Assembly (NCBI GenBank): GCA_964016885.1
Contig: OZ024746.1
Coordinates: forward strand, 75,702,001 to 75,766,000
Source: Eledone cirrhosa
Taxonomy: Eukaryota
Reading direction: 5' to 3'
DNA: 64,000 bases
Shown: piece after piece, positions 1 through 12,376 of the stretch
Layout: every line of letters starts with the position of its first letter
Position numbering within the stretch: the first letter of the stretch is position 1
Notes under the pieces: model-generated
Databases searched by the model: none
What the model was told of the DNA's origin: nothing
The model's input: the letters and a program-made list of their open reading frames with translations, nothing else
Position numbers and translations under genes: made by a program

Positions 1-1189
1 CCATGCAGTTTTTTTTTACTTTTGTTTCACTTTTTCAGTTTGTTTTGGGGGTGCATGATATACATCATAACAAAATGTCTCCAACCTTTTGTCAAACCTG
101 TTTCCGAGAAAACAGCCAGCAGAAGACAGGAAATTGTATCAAGAATCAACCAACACCGAGTACCTTTTGACTTTAATTCTACCTTTTCTTATGCAATATT
201 ATGTAATAAAATGTTTGAATAATACAATTATACAAAATGTGAATATAAATCACTAATCCATTAGGTTCACATATCACAGCTGTCAAAAGTTTAATTAACT
301 GACTAATCTTTTTATTAGAAAGTAACACATTGTACATACATCTCTGTATTTTCCAATGTTCTCTAGCTTGAAAGTTCTATGGCAGCTTTTCCCTGTTTCT
401 CCTGCGCATTATACACCAAAACTAGGCTTTTCCAGATATTTTTCTGGTCAAAAAGGGTTGTACACTATACACAGAATATGGTACTTTTACCAAATTGTCC
501 CACATTCAATTCTTAGCAAAGACCCCTTTAATTTGGAAAGTATCACTATCTGAACTCCCCATTTCAGTGTCACAAACCCTGTATATTTTACCTCTTTTGG
601 ATGAAAAGCAATGAAACTCCTTCATAATATCCCTTCCTCTAATATTAAGATGACTTTAACCAAGACAGGGTTCCTATATGTAGCAACTTGCTCAATGTGA
701 TAGGTGAGACGAACATGTATGTCACTTCTTTATCTTTCACTGTATTCTTGGTCTTAATTGCAACGCTATCAATAAACTCTACTGGCTCTATAATGACTTA
801 TTAAAGTTCTACAGCCCTAAAGAGAAAATGGGATGCTCTGTGTTCTCTAATAGGCCTGCTTCTCAGTTCAAGGTGTAAATGTTTCTATTCTAGGCTTAAA
901 CAATTCAGCATGAATTAACCAAGTGCATCATTCACCATGTTAATTCTTCCAACACCCATTGTAACCAACCCTGTCCAAACAGAATATACTCTACATCAAT
1001 CATAACATACACCCACAAGTTAGCTAATCATTTATGTTACTTAAGTGACATAATTAATCCGAATCTCATTTCTTATAACTACAACAAACTCTGCTCCTCA
1101 AACTTGGCAATATGCACACATAATAGTCTTATAGTGCTTCAACGTTGACTAGAGTCATATCTCATCATGATTTCATGACATTAAGAAAA

Positions 1190-1464
1190 GGGCTCCCTTT
1201 GGTCATGACTGACCATGAGGTTATATATGGAAAGTTTCCAGGCTTCAAGCCTAGGCAAGTATTTAGTGGAAGAACAACAGTGTAGTCACCTATGAATGCT
1301 AGTCTTCCTTCTACATGCCAATGTCATCACAACTAATTTTTTTCCAGCTGAGTGGACTGGAGCTATGTCTTGCTCAAGTACACAACGCACCACTCAGCTC
1401 ACAAATTGAATTTATGATCTTACAATCATGTGTTCAACACCTCAACTACTAGGTCACACATCTT
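1190..1464 (-). mobile_element. tRNA-derived SINE with CORE-like domain, degenerate
   Basis: Reverse complement resembles the head and TTGAGCAAGACA core of 22901-23234. Confidence 0.55.
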
Positions 1465-3465
1465 TTTTGCTGCTACCACACCGTTACAAAGTGTTTTATG
1501 CAATATTTTCTAGCTCAATGTTAAGTGGACTTAAAGCACTATGATTTTACATTCACAGTCCATGAGATTTGACTTACCTCCATAAGATTGGTAGCTACCT
1601 TTGTAAAACTGTTTACCTCCACTTTCTCTACCAGATCTGTATAAAGTTTATAACCACTGGTACAGATTGAGCTGTAACTGCACCTTCACTTCATAAAATA
1701 TCTTATCACTTTATTGACTGCTTTCTTCATGTTAGATTACTACAAATGTTGACATGATATTACTGCAAGATATTCAAGCCTGAAAAAAGCTTGAATATCT
1801 TGCAGTAAAACAATTTTCAATTTCGATAATTTGTTAGAAATTTATATCAAACAAGAAGTTATTGATACAGGCACTAGGTTTTCTTTAAGAGTAGAATTCC
1901 TTAAAAGTCATGTAGACTCACGTATTCTCGTCACGAAGGTACAAATTTGAGACCAGTGTCTTTATCAATGTTTGTAGGTGGTGGGCCATAGATACATCCA
2001 CATATATTTGGAGATAATGATAAAGAACACAGAATGACCTTTGTTTTTGGTAGATATATATAAAGTGCTGAAAATTCTAAATCTTGTAGCAATTCTACAT
2101 AAGGTTCCTTGTTAGGCAGTCAGAAGTTACTTCCATAAAATTTGCCATAAATACAAATCATAACACAGAAAGCTGTACTAGAAAGTACTTGGATTAAAGC
2201 AACTGCCATCACTATGTAAAGTTTTGTATGGTTTGCACACCAATACTTATTCATTATAAAACACCAACTATGAAATTTTCTGTTTTGTGTAAACAAAAGG
2301 CAGATAAATCATAAAACAATAATGACCAAACTTGTTAACCATTCAACTATGTTGTGTCCACTGTATGGCTCTTAAGCAAGTGTCATTGATATAACCTCAG
2401 AGTCGAATCAAGCCTTGTGAGAAAAATCTAGTTAACGGAAATTGTGTGGAAGCTTGTCGGATCAATTACTTTTAATTCAAAGAGTCAGTCTTGTTACACT
2501 GAATCTCCCTGAGAATTATGTTAAGGGCACATGTCTGTTTCCTTGATCCAACTGGAACACATTCTCAAAACCAATGGTACTTCATTCCATTCCAGTGACC
2601 AAACATACTACATCAAGCAACACCAAACACAGATAACACAAAAAGAATTTGATAAAAATATACCAGATTTTATATTTCAATATAAATGTTTACAATTCAT
2701 AAATATAAATTTATTAAAATATACAAAAGGAGATAGGCACCGTATGAAATAATTTGATATTTTTATAAAAAAAGGTTTGTTTAAACTTTGACCAGGAATT
2801 CAGATGTTAAAAACAGTAGTAGTTCAAACGTCTGGTGACATATACACAGACATGACAAGGCTAAACAATCATTAGAATAAGGTTGGCCTCAAATCAAATA
2901 TACTCCTATTGAATCCTCATTCCCACCCATTACCCCCTTACTCTCATACTCTCATCTATCACTCTCTATCCTGTTCTCTGCACAACACTGTGTAGCAAAA
3001 TGTGGCATTTGATCTGACTGTATCTAATCCCTTCACTAACACTCATCTCATCTATCCCTCTGCCTACCACCCACCACTACTCATCTATCTCTACCTACAT
3101 CCTACCTCAATAGTATTGCTCTACAAAAAAGGCATCTGATTTGGTGGCCCTGAATACCACCCTCAACTACTGACCGTAGTTCTCTTTCTATCCTTGCAAG
3201 CCATCATTCTCTTTTCCATATTGCTCTTGGTTCATATCTGCCACTCTCATCACCACCAATAACCCGGCATGTTGTTTCCGCTTCTTCACACTTCGCATGA
3301 TGCCATTTATTCAGTCTCCTACTAACAACCAAATTGAAGCTACCATTCACTCTCTCCTTTCCTTACTATCCTATCACATCACCTTCCTCTTTTAGTCACC
3401 TCTTCTCTTCTTTTTTCATTCTCAGTCATGTTTACCATGAAAAAATAAAGACTACAGAGAATAGT

Positions 3466-3942
3466 GAAGGCACATGTCTTAGTGGATAGAAAATTTGATT
3501 CACAATCGTGAGGTTGTGAGTTCGATTCCTGGACCAGGCGATGCATTGTCTTTTAGCAAAACACCTTATTTCATGTTGCTCTTTCTGCCAAGAGTTACAA
3601 CTGGTAGATCACACCAGCAATGAAAAGACCAATGGAAACATTGTCTCTTTGGCTCGATTTGATGAGTTCCACCTCACTCAGTAAGCAAATGAGGTCTGGT
3701 ATCTTGTCGATCAATAAAAAAAAAAAGAAGAGAGTAGAAATAACTATTTGGCCTTGCAGTGGACAAGGCAACCCCTCTAGTGCTGGTTCTATAGAACACA
3801 TGCAATACACACTGTAACGTGGTCGGGTTTAAGAATGGTTACTATTTAGCCATAGTAATCATGTCAACAATGGAACCTATGAGATTTAATGCATTAACCC
3901 ATTCATTTGTCAACATGGAAAATGGGTAAAATGTTGATGATA
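3466..3942 (+). mobile_element. tRNA-derived SINE with RTE-like tail in the 3' flank of gene A
   Basis: A/B box-like head (TGTCTTAGTGG...GAGTTCGATTCC), CORE-like block, CATGGAAAATGG..GATGAT tail. Confidence 0.65.
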
Positions 3943-3984
3943 TTCATAATTGGAAAATTTCAGAAAATGTCTTCCCCACAAAAC

Positions 3985-5346
3985 TCAGTGATAAGGTTTG
4001 TCTCCATCGTTAACAATACATTTATGAGTTGATACATAATCACTACGAGTAAATGATTTCCCACAAATAACACAGCTGTATGGTTTTTCCCCTGTGTGAG
4101 TACGTTTATGCCTTATTACACACTTTAAACTGGATAACGTTTTGCCACAGATATCACAGTAGTGTGGCTTTTTATCGGTATGAATACCTGTATGTTGAAT
4201 TAAGCTACCAGTATTTGAAAATTTCTTTCCACAAACTTCACAGTGATATGGCTTTTCTCCAGTGTGAATACGCTTGTGTACCGTTAAAATTGCTTTTTCA
4301 GAAAATGCTTTCCCACATATATCACAATGGTATGGTTTTTCCCCGGTGTGAACACGTTTATGTGTTATTAAACTGCTCTTAAGTGAAAATTCTTTCCCAC
4401 AAACTTCACAATGATATGGTTTCTCTCCAGTGTGAATACGTCGGTGTCTTTTTAAAGTACCATTTTCAGAAAATGCCTTGCCACAAGTTTCACAATGATA
4501 TGGTTTTTCTCCAGTATGCGTACGTGTGTGTTTGACTAAACTCCATCTATCTGAAAATTCCTTTCCACAAACCCCACAATGATATGGTTTCTCTCCAGTG
4601 TGAATACGTTTGTGTAATTTTAGAACATATTTTTCAGGAAATCCTTTCCCACATATTTCACAGTGGTGTTTTTTTTCTCCAGTATGTACACGTTTATGTC
4701 TTAGTAAGGTGCCACTACTTGAAAATTGTTTCCCACATATTTCACAGGGATATGGTTTTTCTCCAGTGTGAATACGTTTGTGTATTATCAAAGACTCTTT
4801 TACAGAAAATGCTTTCTTACATATTTCACAGTGGTATGGTTTTAAGTGTACACCTCTGTGTTTTTCACAGTCACTCACATTAGAAAAAGCTTTGCCACAA
4901 ACATCACACTTGTATGGTTTTTCTCCAGTGTGTGTACGTTTATGTCTTGTTAAATTACCATGTCGAGAAAATACTTTCCCACAAATTTTACAGTGGTACT
5001 GTTTTTCTCCAGTGTGAATAAGTTTATGGCTTACTAAATTACCTATTTGAGAAAATGCTTTCCCACATATTTCACAATAGTGTGGTTTTTCTCCAGTATG
5101 AGTACGTTTGTGTACTTTTAAATATGTTTTGGCAGAGAATGCTTTCCCACAAATCTCACAGTGGTGTGGTCTCTCTCCAGTGTGTGTACGCTTGTGTGCT
5201 GTTAAATTACCTTTTACAGAAAATGCTCTCCCACATATTTCACAGTGGTATGGATTTTCTCCTGTATGGGTGCGCTTATGAATAGCTAAGTTACATTTTG
5301 TAGTAAGTACTTTCCCACAAATACCACATTTGTAACATTTTCCCAT
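3985..5346 (-). CDS. C2H2 zinc-finger array protein A (16 fingers, last degenerate; no effector domain)
   Basis: 453-aa ORF of CxxC..HxxxH repeats with TGEKPY linkers; conserved acceptor TTTCAG/GGCATATTTCTGTTTGAAAG near 5453. Confidence 0.93.
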   Translation of the reverse strand: MGKCYKCGICGKVLTTKCNLAIHKRTHTGENPYHCEICGRAFSVKGNLTAHKRTHTGERPHHCEICGKAFSAKTYLKVHKRTHTGEKPHYCEICGKAFSQIGNLVSHKLIHTGEKQYHCKICGKVFSRHGNLTRHKRTHTGEKPYKCDVCGKAFSNVSDCEKHRGVHLKPYHCEICKKAFSVKESLIIHKRIHTGEKPYPCEICGKQFSSSGTLLRHKRVHTGEKKHHCEICGKGFPEKYVLKLHKRIHTGEKPYHCGVCGKEFSDRWSLVKHTRTHTGEKPYHCETCGKAFSENGTLKRHRRIHTGEKPYHCEVCGKEFSLKSSLITHKRVHTGEKPYHCDICGKAFSEKAILTVHKRIHTGEKPYHCEVCGKKFSNTGSLIQHTGIHTDKKPHYCDICGKTLSSLKCVIRHKRTHTGEKPYSCVICGKSFTRSDYVSTHKCIVNDGDKPYH

Positions 5347-7472
5347 TTTCTAGGACCTTCTTTGAGCAACAAAACTTCCAAGATAAAATTTTACATTTTT
5401 ATTCCTTTTTATGTAGAGATTTGCAAGTAAATCTTTCAAACAGAAATATGCCCTGAAATGAAATAAAATATAATATTAGATATTAAATATCACTAAGTTG
5501 TATAATGTGTGGTGTACAAGTGACATAATAATGGTTTATGGTGAAAAATTCACAAACTGGTGTCTATCGTTTGAAAGTCTGACATATTATAGTAATTTAT
5601 TATGAACTGTGGGGTGAATTCAGCTAAGAAGACTTTAATGTCATAAGTAGAGGCATTGTACAAACTATGTCAACTTATACAAACATTATGTCAACTTAAC
5701 AATAGCTTGTTTTGTCAATGTTAAAAAATATCGATAGATTCAGGACATCAAAATAAATAATCAAACATCACAAAACAACCTACAATCTAAAGATTGGGAA
5801 CTTCAAATATAATCAATGTCCTATTGTTCACATTGTCTACTTCAGAATTTTGTGAAACTATCACAGTTCTATATACGAGTATTAGGTTTGCTGGATCAGT
5901 TCTAACTTAGGGCTAGGCAACATTAATAACTAGTTTATATATATATATATATATCTCATATTAGATTTACTAAATACAACAGAAGAGAACAATTGCATAA
6001 AGTTATAGTACATACTAGATCAACTATATATAGCATATACTGCAGATTAGATCTACTGTATACAACAGACCAGATCAGCTACATATAAAATCTACTATAT
6101 ATTGGATATACTACATACCATATGAACTATATACCATATAAACTACATAGATCTATTACAAACAAAATCTAATACAATGTATACTACACAGCGGATCAAC
6201 TATATACAATGTGGTAAATTTATAGAACATTCCTCTCGATTTCAGTGGAAATTAATTGTTTTTCCGTGTGCTATCAACTAATCTGACATCCGAACATATC
6301 CCCCCCCCCCCCCCCCAACCCCAAAAATATTAATTCTTCATACTTTAATCACAACAGCTTACAAAAATATAATTTCTTATTCAAAGTATCGGCTTTTATC
6401 CGAGAGGGGAAATACGTCTGTATCACGATTATATTTCTCTATATTCGTGAAATGGCCTAGGCATATGAACTGTTCTTGTTATTTCCAGAGCAATGTTAAA
6501 GATGTTTAATATATTTATGTATATGTCAATGGTTTTTTTTAATAGTACATTATATATTTTCACACATTGACAGTCGGCTTTCCTGATTTCCTTCGAATGA
6601 AGCAGTTCTAGTTCCATATGACTTGATATTGTTGTTTTTCGCAGTTATACTTATCTTTCTCATTTGTTCTTTTAATTTTCGACTTTATTGAAGTCTTAAT
6701 ATTTTTATACACTTGAAGAGATATGGTTTAATTGAAACCTAGATTATTAATGGAAGATAGCGCTAAGTTTTTCTGGCTAAACAGAAATGAAATGAAAAGA
6801 CATCAACATAAATATTCAAGAAATATGCAAGAATATTAGAAGACGAATATGGTATGTAGCCGATAAACCCTAAAGGGGCGCAACACATCGCTATAGCGTT
6901 TCACCAGCCCCTTCTTTCTGTTGTCTGTATCTGTTTATGTATTTACGTACAGATGTGTATGTAACTAAAGCGTAAAATGTTCTTTTATTACATAGTAGTG
7001 GATCGCTAGAATGTTTTGCCAGAAAATGTGGTGTACTTAACCACTATAAATGATTTAAAGAAAAATTATGATATGATTGATTCTGTAACGTAAAATGATA
7101 AAGGTGGAGACAAGTTCAGCTAGTAAAGCGAGATACGAGCAATAAAACACCGGTAGGTGCATATTTAGTCTCGCTTGTTATACTGGTGAGGTTTGACATT
7201 CACTTATTCGTTTCGGTAGAGGAGAGCCAGGCAGATGTTTTTTATTTACATTCCCCATTATTGCTGCTCTGAATTTTAATTGCGTCATTTACCTCCACAC
7301 CACACGAAACTAATTTTTTTCCACAAACTATTTTTTTTTTTTCAGAGGGGAGAGGCTATTTACTCCCAAATCCCGCAGTTAATTATAATTGTTTCTACTT
7401 TAGGCACAAGGCCAGCAATTACAATGTAGGCAAACAACTAGCCAAAGTAAACACAAATAAATGTTATCTCAC

Positions 7473-7620
7473 CTTGATACGTCATTTTCCTTAATTTCCC
7501 TAAATAATGATCTACTGTTAATATATATCCATCCAGTTATATATATTTATACACAGACGCGAGCAGCTGATGTGTCGCTAGTAACGATCTCCCGCTCTTA
7601 TTCTACGTTCAGAAGAAGTA
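7473..7620 (-). other. Candidate 5' non-coding exon of gene A
   Basis: Donor AAG/GTGAGATAAC at 7472, homologous to donors upstream of B, C, D and E; 5' end uncertain. Confidence 0.55.
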
Positions 7621-7656
7621 TGAAAATACCAAGCTGGAGATATAAACATTGATTTT

Positions 7657-7732
7657 ATTGGTCATCTCATGTCATGTGGTCTTAAAAGTTCATAGTTTCG
7701 CTGAAAAGTACATGCCAGGGGAAGTCACTACC
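7657..7732 (-). promoter_or_regulatory. E-box-N11-CCAAT module plus GGGGAAGTCAC motif (gene A promoter)
   Basis: Plus strand ATTGG-N11-CATGTG at 7657-7678 and AGGGGAAGTCACTACC at 7717-7732; recurs upstream of paralogues. Confidence 0.55.
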
Positions 7733-7845
7733 AGTATATTGGCGTTATATTAGTTTTCAGAGATTTTTTCCTTATCTCGATCCTATTTTGGTTATTTTTG
7801 ATTTCGAAAATATTACTAGTAATGAAACCCTTCCTTTTTAATACT

Positions 7846-9079
7846 TGTTTTTTTACAACAGGTCTCAATAGTGAAAGTGAATTTTGTTGATGATGTTAAT
7901 TAGTATTGCGTGTACGTGATATTTTTTTCTTTTCTTTTTTAGTGTATTGTGTGTACGGAAAATTTTTTTTAAATAATGACATTGTGTGTTGAAAGAAAAA
8001 ATTTTTTTTTTTTTTTAAATAACTACATAGTTATACGTTTGTTGCATATAAAATATAAATTGACGTACCTTATGAAAATCCTTATTACACCCTATAAATA
8101 GCTGAAATACAGTTGATCATCTCGCCAAACTTGTTGGCACCAACTCTATTCTCATCGAATCCTCCAAGCTGTTGAGGATTCGCCTCCAAATACTGCTCAC
8201 AAATTTCTCTAAGGAAATTGCACCAGTCTATAATTGTCGGCTTGCTAAGTCCTGTTTCTCTCATCATCTCAGTTTGGGCATGATCGTAGCACCACATATA
8301 GATAATGCCAATAAGGTATTCGAGTCGAACACGGCTTCGATAAAATAAAGAATTCCGTCGCACCGATTGACTAAATTTGTCGCGGGCGCATCGCCATCTC
8401 CATTTATCAATCCCCTCAGAATTTCTTTGCAATGTGCACGCCTCATTGCAGACAGGACAATTCACACTGTTCGCCAACAGACGCCGACTCGCCAACCACT
8501 GTAACATACACAACGTGTCACCGTGTATCACCGGACATAGTGTATACACTGTTTCAAAACGATTAAGAATAGCATTGGTATCCAAAATATCTTCAACTAA
8601 GGTAACGCGACCATTCACTCGTCCAGCCATATTTGATGTGACACTGTATTACAATCCAGCCCTTCGGTGCTTCGTTTAAAAAAATTTTCCCAGCCTTTCT
8701 GACCCCAAGTTGCCCCTCTGACCCAAATCCCTTATCATTCTCTGTCCGTCTAATGACCCTACCTTAATTTCTTTGGCGACAGAGAGTTGGTGCCAACAAG
8801 TTTGGCGAGATGATCAACTGTATTTCAGCTATTTATAGGGTGTAATAAGGATTTTCAATATTTATTTATTTCAACACACAATGTCATTATTTAAAAAAAA
8901 ATTTCCGTACACACAATACACAAAAAAAGAATTAAAAAAAATTATCACGTACACGCAATACTAATTAACACCATCAACAAAATTCACTTCCACTATTGAG
9001 ACCTGTTGTAAAAAAACAAACAAATTCACAATCCAAATTGAAAATAATGCTTTTGCGACCGGCCGTTTTGACGTATGCC
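7846..9079 (-). mobile_element. Internally deleted Merlin (IS1016/ISXO2-like) DNA transposon with long inverted repeats
   Basis: 7846-8148 is inverted relative to 8783-9020; terminus TTGACGTATGCC at 9079 matches the 50874 element; contains transposase-derived ORF. Confidence 0.8.
8085..8630 (-). CDS. Merlin transposase derivative: N-terminal Zn-ribbon/HTH region fused in frame to the extreme C-terminus, DDE core missing
   Basis: CPVC...WRWRC...SVRRNSLF...TIIDWCNFLREIC...LGG is typical of ISXO2/Merlin N-termini; tail RVGANKFGEMINCISAIY matches the C-terminus at 51879-52056. Confidence 0.7.
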   Translation of the reverse strand: MAGRVNGRVTLVEDILDTNAILNRFETVYTLCPVIHGDTLCMLQWLASRRLLANSVNCPVCNEACTLQRNSEGIDKWRWRCARDKFSQSVRRNSLFYRSRVRLEYLIGIIYMWCYDHAQTEMMRETGLSKPTIIDWCNFLREICEQYLEANPQQLGGFDENRVGANKFGEMINCISAIYRV

Positions 9080-9083
9080 AATA

Positions 9084-9222
9084 TAATAATTGTTTCTACT
9101 TTAGGCACAAGGCCAGCAATTATTCAGTGCATTACTGGTACTTTATTTTATCGACCCCGTAAGGATGAAAGGCAAAGTCAACCTCGGCGGGATTTGAACT
9201 CAGATCGTAAAGGGACGTATCT
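9084..9222 (-). mobile_element. tRNA-derived SINE, second family (Meta-domain-like)
   Basis: RC: CTGAGTTCAAATCCCGCCGAGGTTGACTTTGCCTTTCATCCTTACGGGGTCGATAAAATAAAGTACC; near-identical copies elsewhere; degenerate plus-strand copy at ~9265-9400. Confidence 0.75.
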
Positions 9223-11038
9223 AATAATGATACGGTGACATGACAGTCTACTTGTAGATTTAAGCTGGAATTTATTTCGTCGTTAGAACGTCAGATAGAA
9301 TGCTTCGTAGTATTCGTTCCGACTCTGTGGTTTGAGTTCAAATCCCACCGTCTTTGTCTTATGTCCTTTCAAGGTCGATAAATAAGATACTAATCCAGTA
9401 TCAGGAATTAAGAACTCCATGAACCAATGATGTATTTTCGATTACAATAGTGGTCTGATAAAGTTGACACACTTATCCCGTTTTCACGTATATTATATTG
9501 GCCGTATAAGGATCATTATTTTATATATATATGCGTGTGTTGCTTAGACAGGAAAGAAAGAGCAGTGCCCTGTGGCCCTTTTCATAGCCTCTGAGACTAG
9601 TAGGGAGTATACTCAAATAGGAAACCTGATCCAAATGCTTGCTTGAGTGGATTCTGTTAAAGGTATCAAGAGCCAATTGTTGGTGTTAAACTGGGCGACG
9701 GATTAAGTCTACCACTCAATAGATCAAGCAGGATTTTGAACCCAGAACATGGATCACATCAACCTCACTAATTCAAAAAAGCTTGCAACGGTAATGGACA
9801 CAGAACTCTCTCTTCTCTTTTATCTTTCAAAAGTGTGAAAAACAAATTGCATGAAACATGCGAAAAATGGGTTGTGGTATGACTATATTAAAGATATCAT
9901 CAACCAATGTATGTAAGAGAGATGACTACACTGGTGATGGCATGTGATGTGAGTGCTGGGTGAAACTTTTATGTTGCTGAGAATGGCAAATACTCAAATA
10001 CCAACACAGACAAAACTGGTTCTGGTTCTGGTTGTATGAAACGCAACCACCTATTTTGAAGGGATCTTATTTTTATTTTTTAAATTACGATACGATTTTA
10101 TATAAGAGGCATATTTAGTTACTATCTGAGTCATGAAATAATTAATGATTTAAGTAAATCCCTGAAAATTTTCATTAATTAATTGAAATAGATTGTATTC
10201 ATATGGTCATAAGAGGGTTAGATCTTATTAAAGGAATTGTTCTCTGCTAAAATGTTGAACATTTAAATATAGCAAACATTAAAAAAGATTCGGGACACAG
10301 CAAAAGTAAAAGTTGAAATATTTATTATTCAATACAACATTTACATATTTAATATGTCCGTGGATATTACATTAAAACTGTATGTATACAGTTATATGCA
10401 TATGTATGTTTATATTATAAATAATAGAAGAAAAAAAGAGAAGCAGAAAGAATGTGTGAAATGGATAGTAAAAGTGTGACAGATGATAATAATAAGGGAT
10501 CTGGGGGAGAAGGAGTGATGGCTAGCAGCACAGAAAGGCTGGTGGCAGGGTGTATCAGATATAAACAGATCCAAAGCAATCCCTTATACATAAGTCATGA
10601 TAAAATTGAAGTAAAGGTTATTGAATACAGGCAGTTGTAATGACATCTCTTATTATGCAGGCATCATGATGCGGTGAATGGAAGAGTGGGTGAACATCTT
10701 AGAGATTTAGAGGGCAGGAGAGATCCAATACCATCACAAGTAACACAAGCAGTATGGTACAGTGAATAGGAGAGAGGTTGAATGATAAATAGACGATAGG
10801 ATAACAAATAGGCGGAGTGAAGCAGATGGAGACAGAATATATTGAGCAAGAAATACAATTTATTATACCTCGCAACTGCCATTTTAAAGTTTGTTTCACC
10901 ATGCTTGTAGAGGTGACAACAATCATTCTGCTCCCTTGTCATCCTCTCCACTAAGATCAGCATTTCACCAAGTCATCCCGTGTCTTTGTGGCAAATCTTA
11001 GAATACACTTCCCATGAAACTCTGTAGTAGTGTTTCTC

Positions 11039-12376
11039 TCAAGCATGAACTTTACGTTTGTGCTTCCATAAATATCCCTTACAGACAAAAGATTCTCCAC
11101 AAATACCACATCTGTATTGTTTTTTCCCATTGTGAATACGTGTATGTTCTCTTAATCCAGTATTATATGAAAATGATTTCCCACATAATTTACAGTCATA
11201 TGGTTTCTCTCCAGTGTGAGTACGTTTGTGTCTTGTTAAAGAATAATTTCTAGAAAAGCTCCTGCCACAGATTTCACAGTGGTGTGGTTTTTCCCCAGTG
11301 TGAAGACGTTTATGTACTATTAAGGTACTTTTATCGGCAAATTGTTTTCCACAAACCTCACAGTGATATGGAGTTTCTCCAGTGTGAATACGTTTATGTA
11401 ATGTTAAAACATACTTTTCAGGAAACGCTCTCCCACATATTTCACAGCGATGTCGTTTTTCCCCAGTGTGAACACGTTTATGCCTTAGTAAACTGCCACT
11501 GCTTAAACATTGTATCCCACATATTTCACAGTGGTATGGTTTCTCTCCAGTGTGAGTACGTTTGTGTACATTCAAGGAAGATTTAACAGCATATGCTTTT
11601 CCACATATTTCACAGTTGTATGGTTTTGTGTGCACACCTCTATGTTTTTCACAGTCACTTACACTAGAAAAAGCTTTACCGCAATCAACACACTTAAATA
11701 GTTTTATCCGAGTGTGAGTTTGTTTATGTCTTGTTAAATTACCAAGTTGAGAAAATGTTTTTCCACATATTTCACAGCAGTGTTGACATTCTCCAGTGTG
11801 AATAAGCTTATGACTTGTTAAATTACCTATTTGAGAAAATGTTTGCCCACATATTTCACAGTGATATGGTTTTTCTCCAGTGTGAGTGCGTTTATGTACT
11901 TCTGTTTGATATCGAGAATTAAATGCTTTCCCACATATTTCACAGTGATGTGATTTAACTCCAGTGTGAGTACTTTTGTGATCCTTAATATAGTATTTAG
12001 AAAATACTTTCCCACATATATCACAACAGTCTTGATTTTCCCCAGTATGACTACGCTTATGCCTTAGGAAATTTCCACTACTTGAATATTTCAGTCCACA
12101 TATTTCACATTGATGTGGTTTCTCTCCAGTGTGAATTCGTTTATGCACCTTTAAATCACTTTTTGAAAAACATGCTTTCCCACATATCTCGCAGTAGTCA
12201 GATTTTTCTCCAGTGTGAGTTCGTTTGTGTACCATTACATTACCTTTTGTAGAAAATGCTTTTCCACATATTTCACAGTAGTATGGTTTTTCTCCTGTAT
12301 GAGTCCGCTTATGAGTAAATAATATACATTTTTTAGAAAATATTTTTCCACAAATATCACATTTATGTTTACTCAT
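11039..12376 (-). CDS. C2H2 zinc-finger array protein B (16 fingers)
   Basis: 445-aa intact ORF; homologous acceptor near 12506. Confidence 0.93.
   Translation of the reverse strand: MSKHKCDICGKIFSKKCILFTHKRTHTGEKPYYCEICGKAFSTKGNVMVHKRTHTGEKSDYCEICGKACFSKSDLKVHKRIHTGEKPHQCEICGLKYSSSGNFLRHKRSHTGENQDCCDICGKVFSKYYIKDHKSTHTGVKSHHCEICGKAFNSRYQTEVHKRTHTGEKPYHCEICGQTFSQIGNLTSHKLIHTGECQHCCEICGKTFSQLGNLTRHKQTHTRIKLFKCVDCGKAFSSVSDCEKHRGVHTKPYNCEICGKAYAVKSSLNVHKRTHTGEKPYHCEICGIQCLSSGSLLRHKRVHTGEKRHRCEICGRAFPEKYVLTLHKRIHTGETPYHCEVCGKQFADKSTLIVHKRLHTGEKPHHCEICGRSFSRNYSLTRHKRTHTGEKPYDCKLCGKSFSYNTGLREHTRIHNGKKQYRCGICGESFVCKGYLWKHKRKVHA

Noticed and set aside
300-900. Possible very old LINE remnant on the minus strand
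   Set aside because: Only faint motif similarity; family and boundaries cannot be supported
4080-5285. Antisense ORFs over ZNF genes ([11 protein letters not shown]..., MLSHIFH...), repeated at each gene
   Set aside because: Shadow frames of the repetitive finger codons with no independent protein signal
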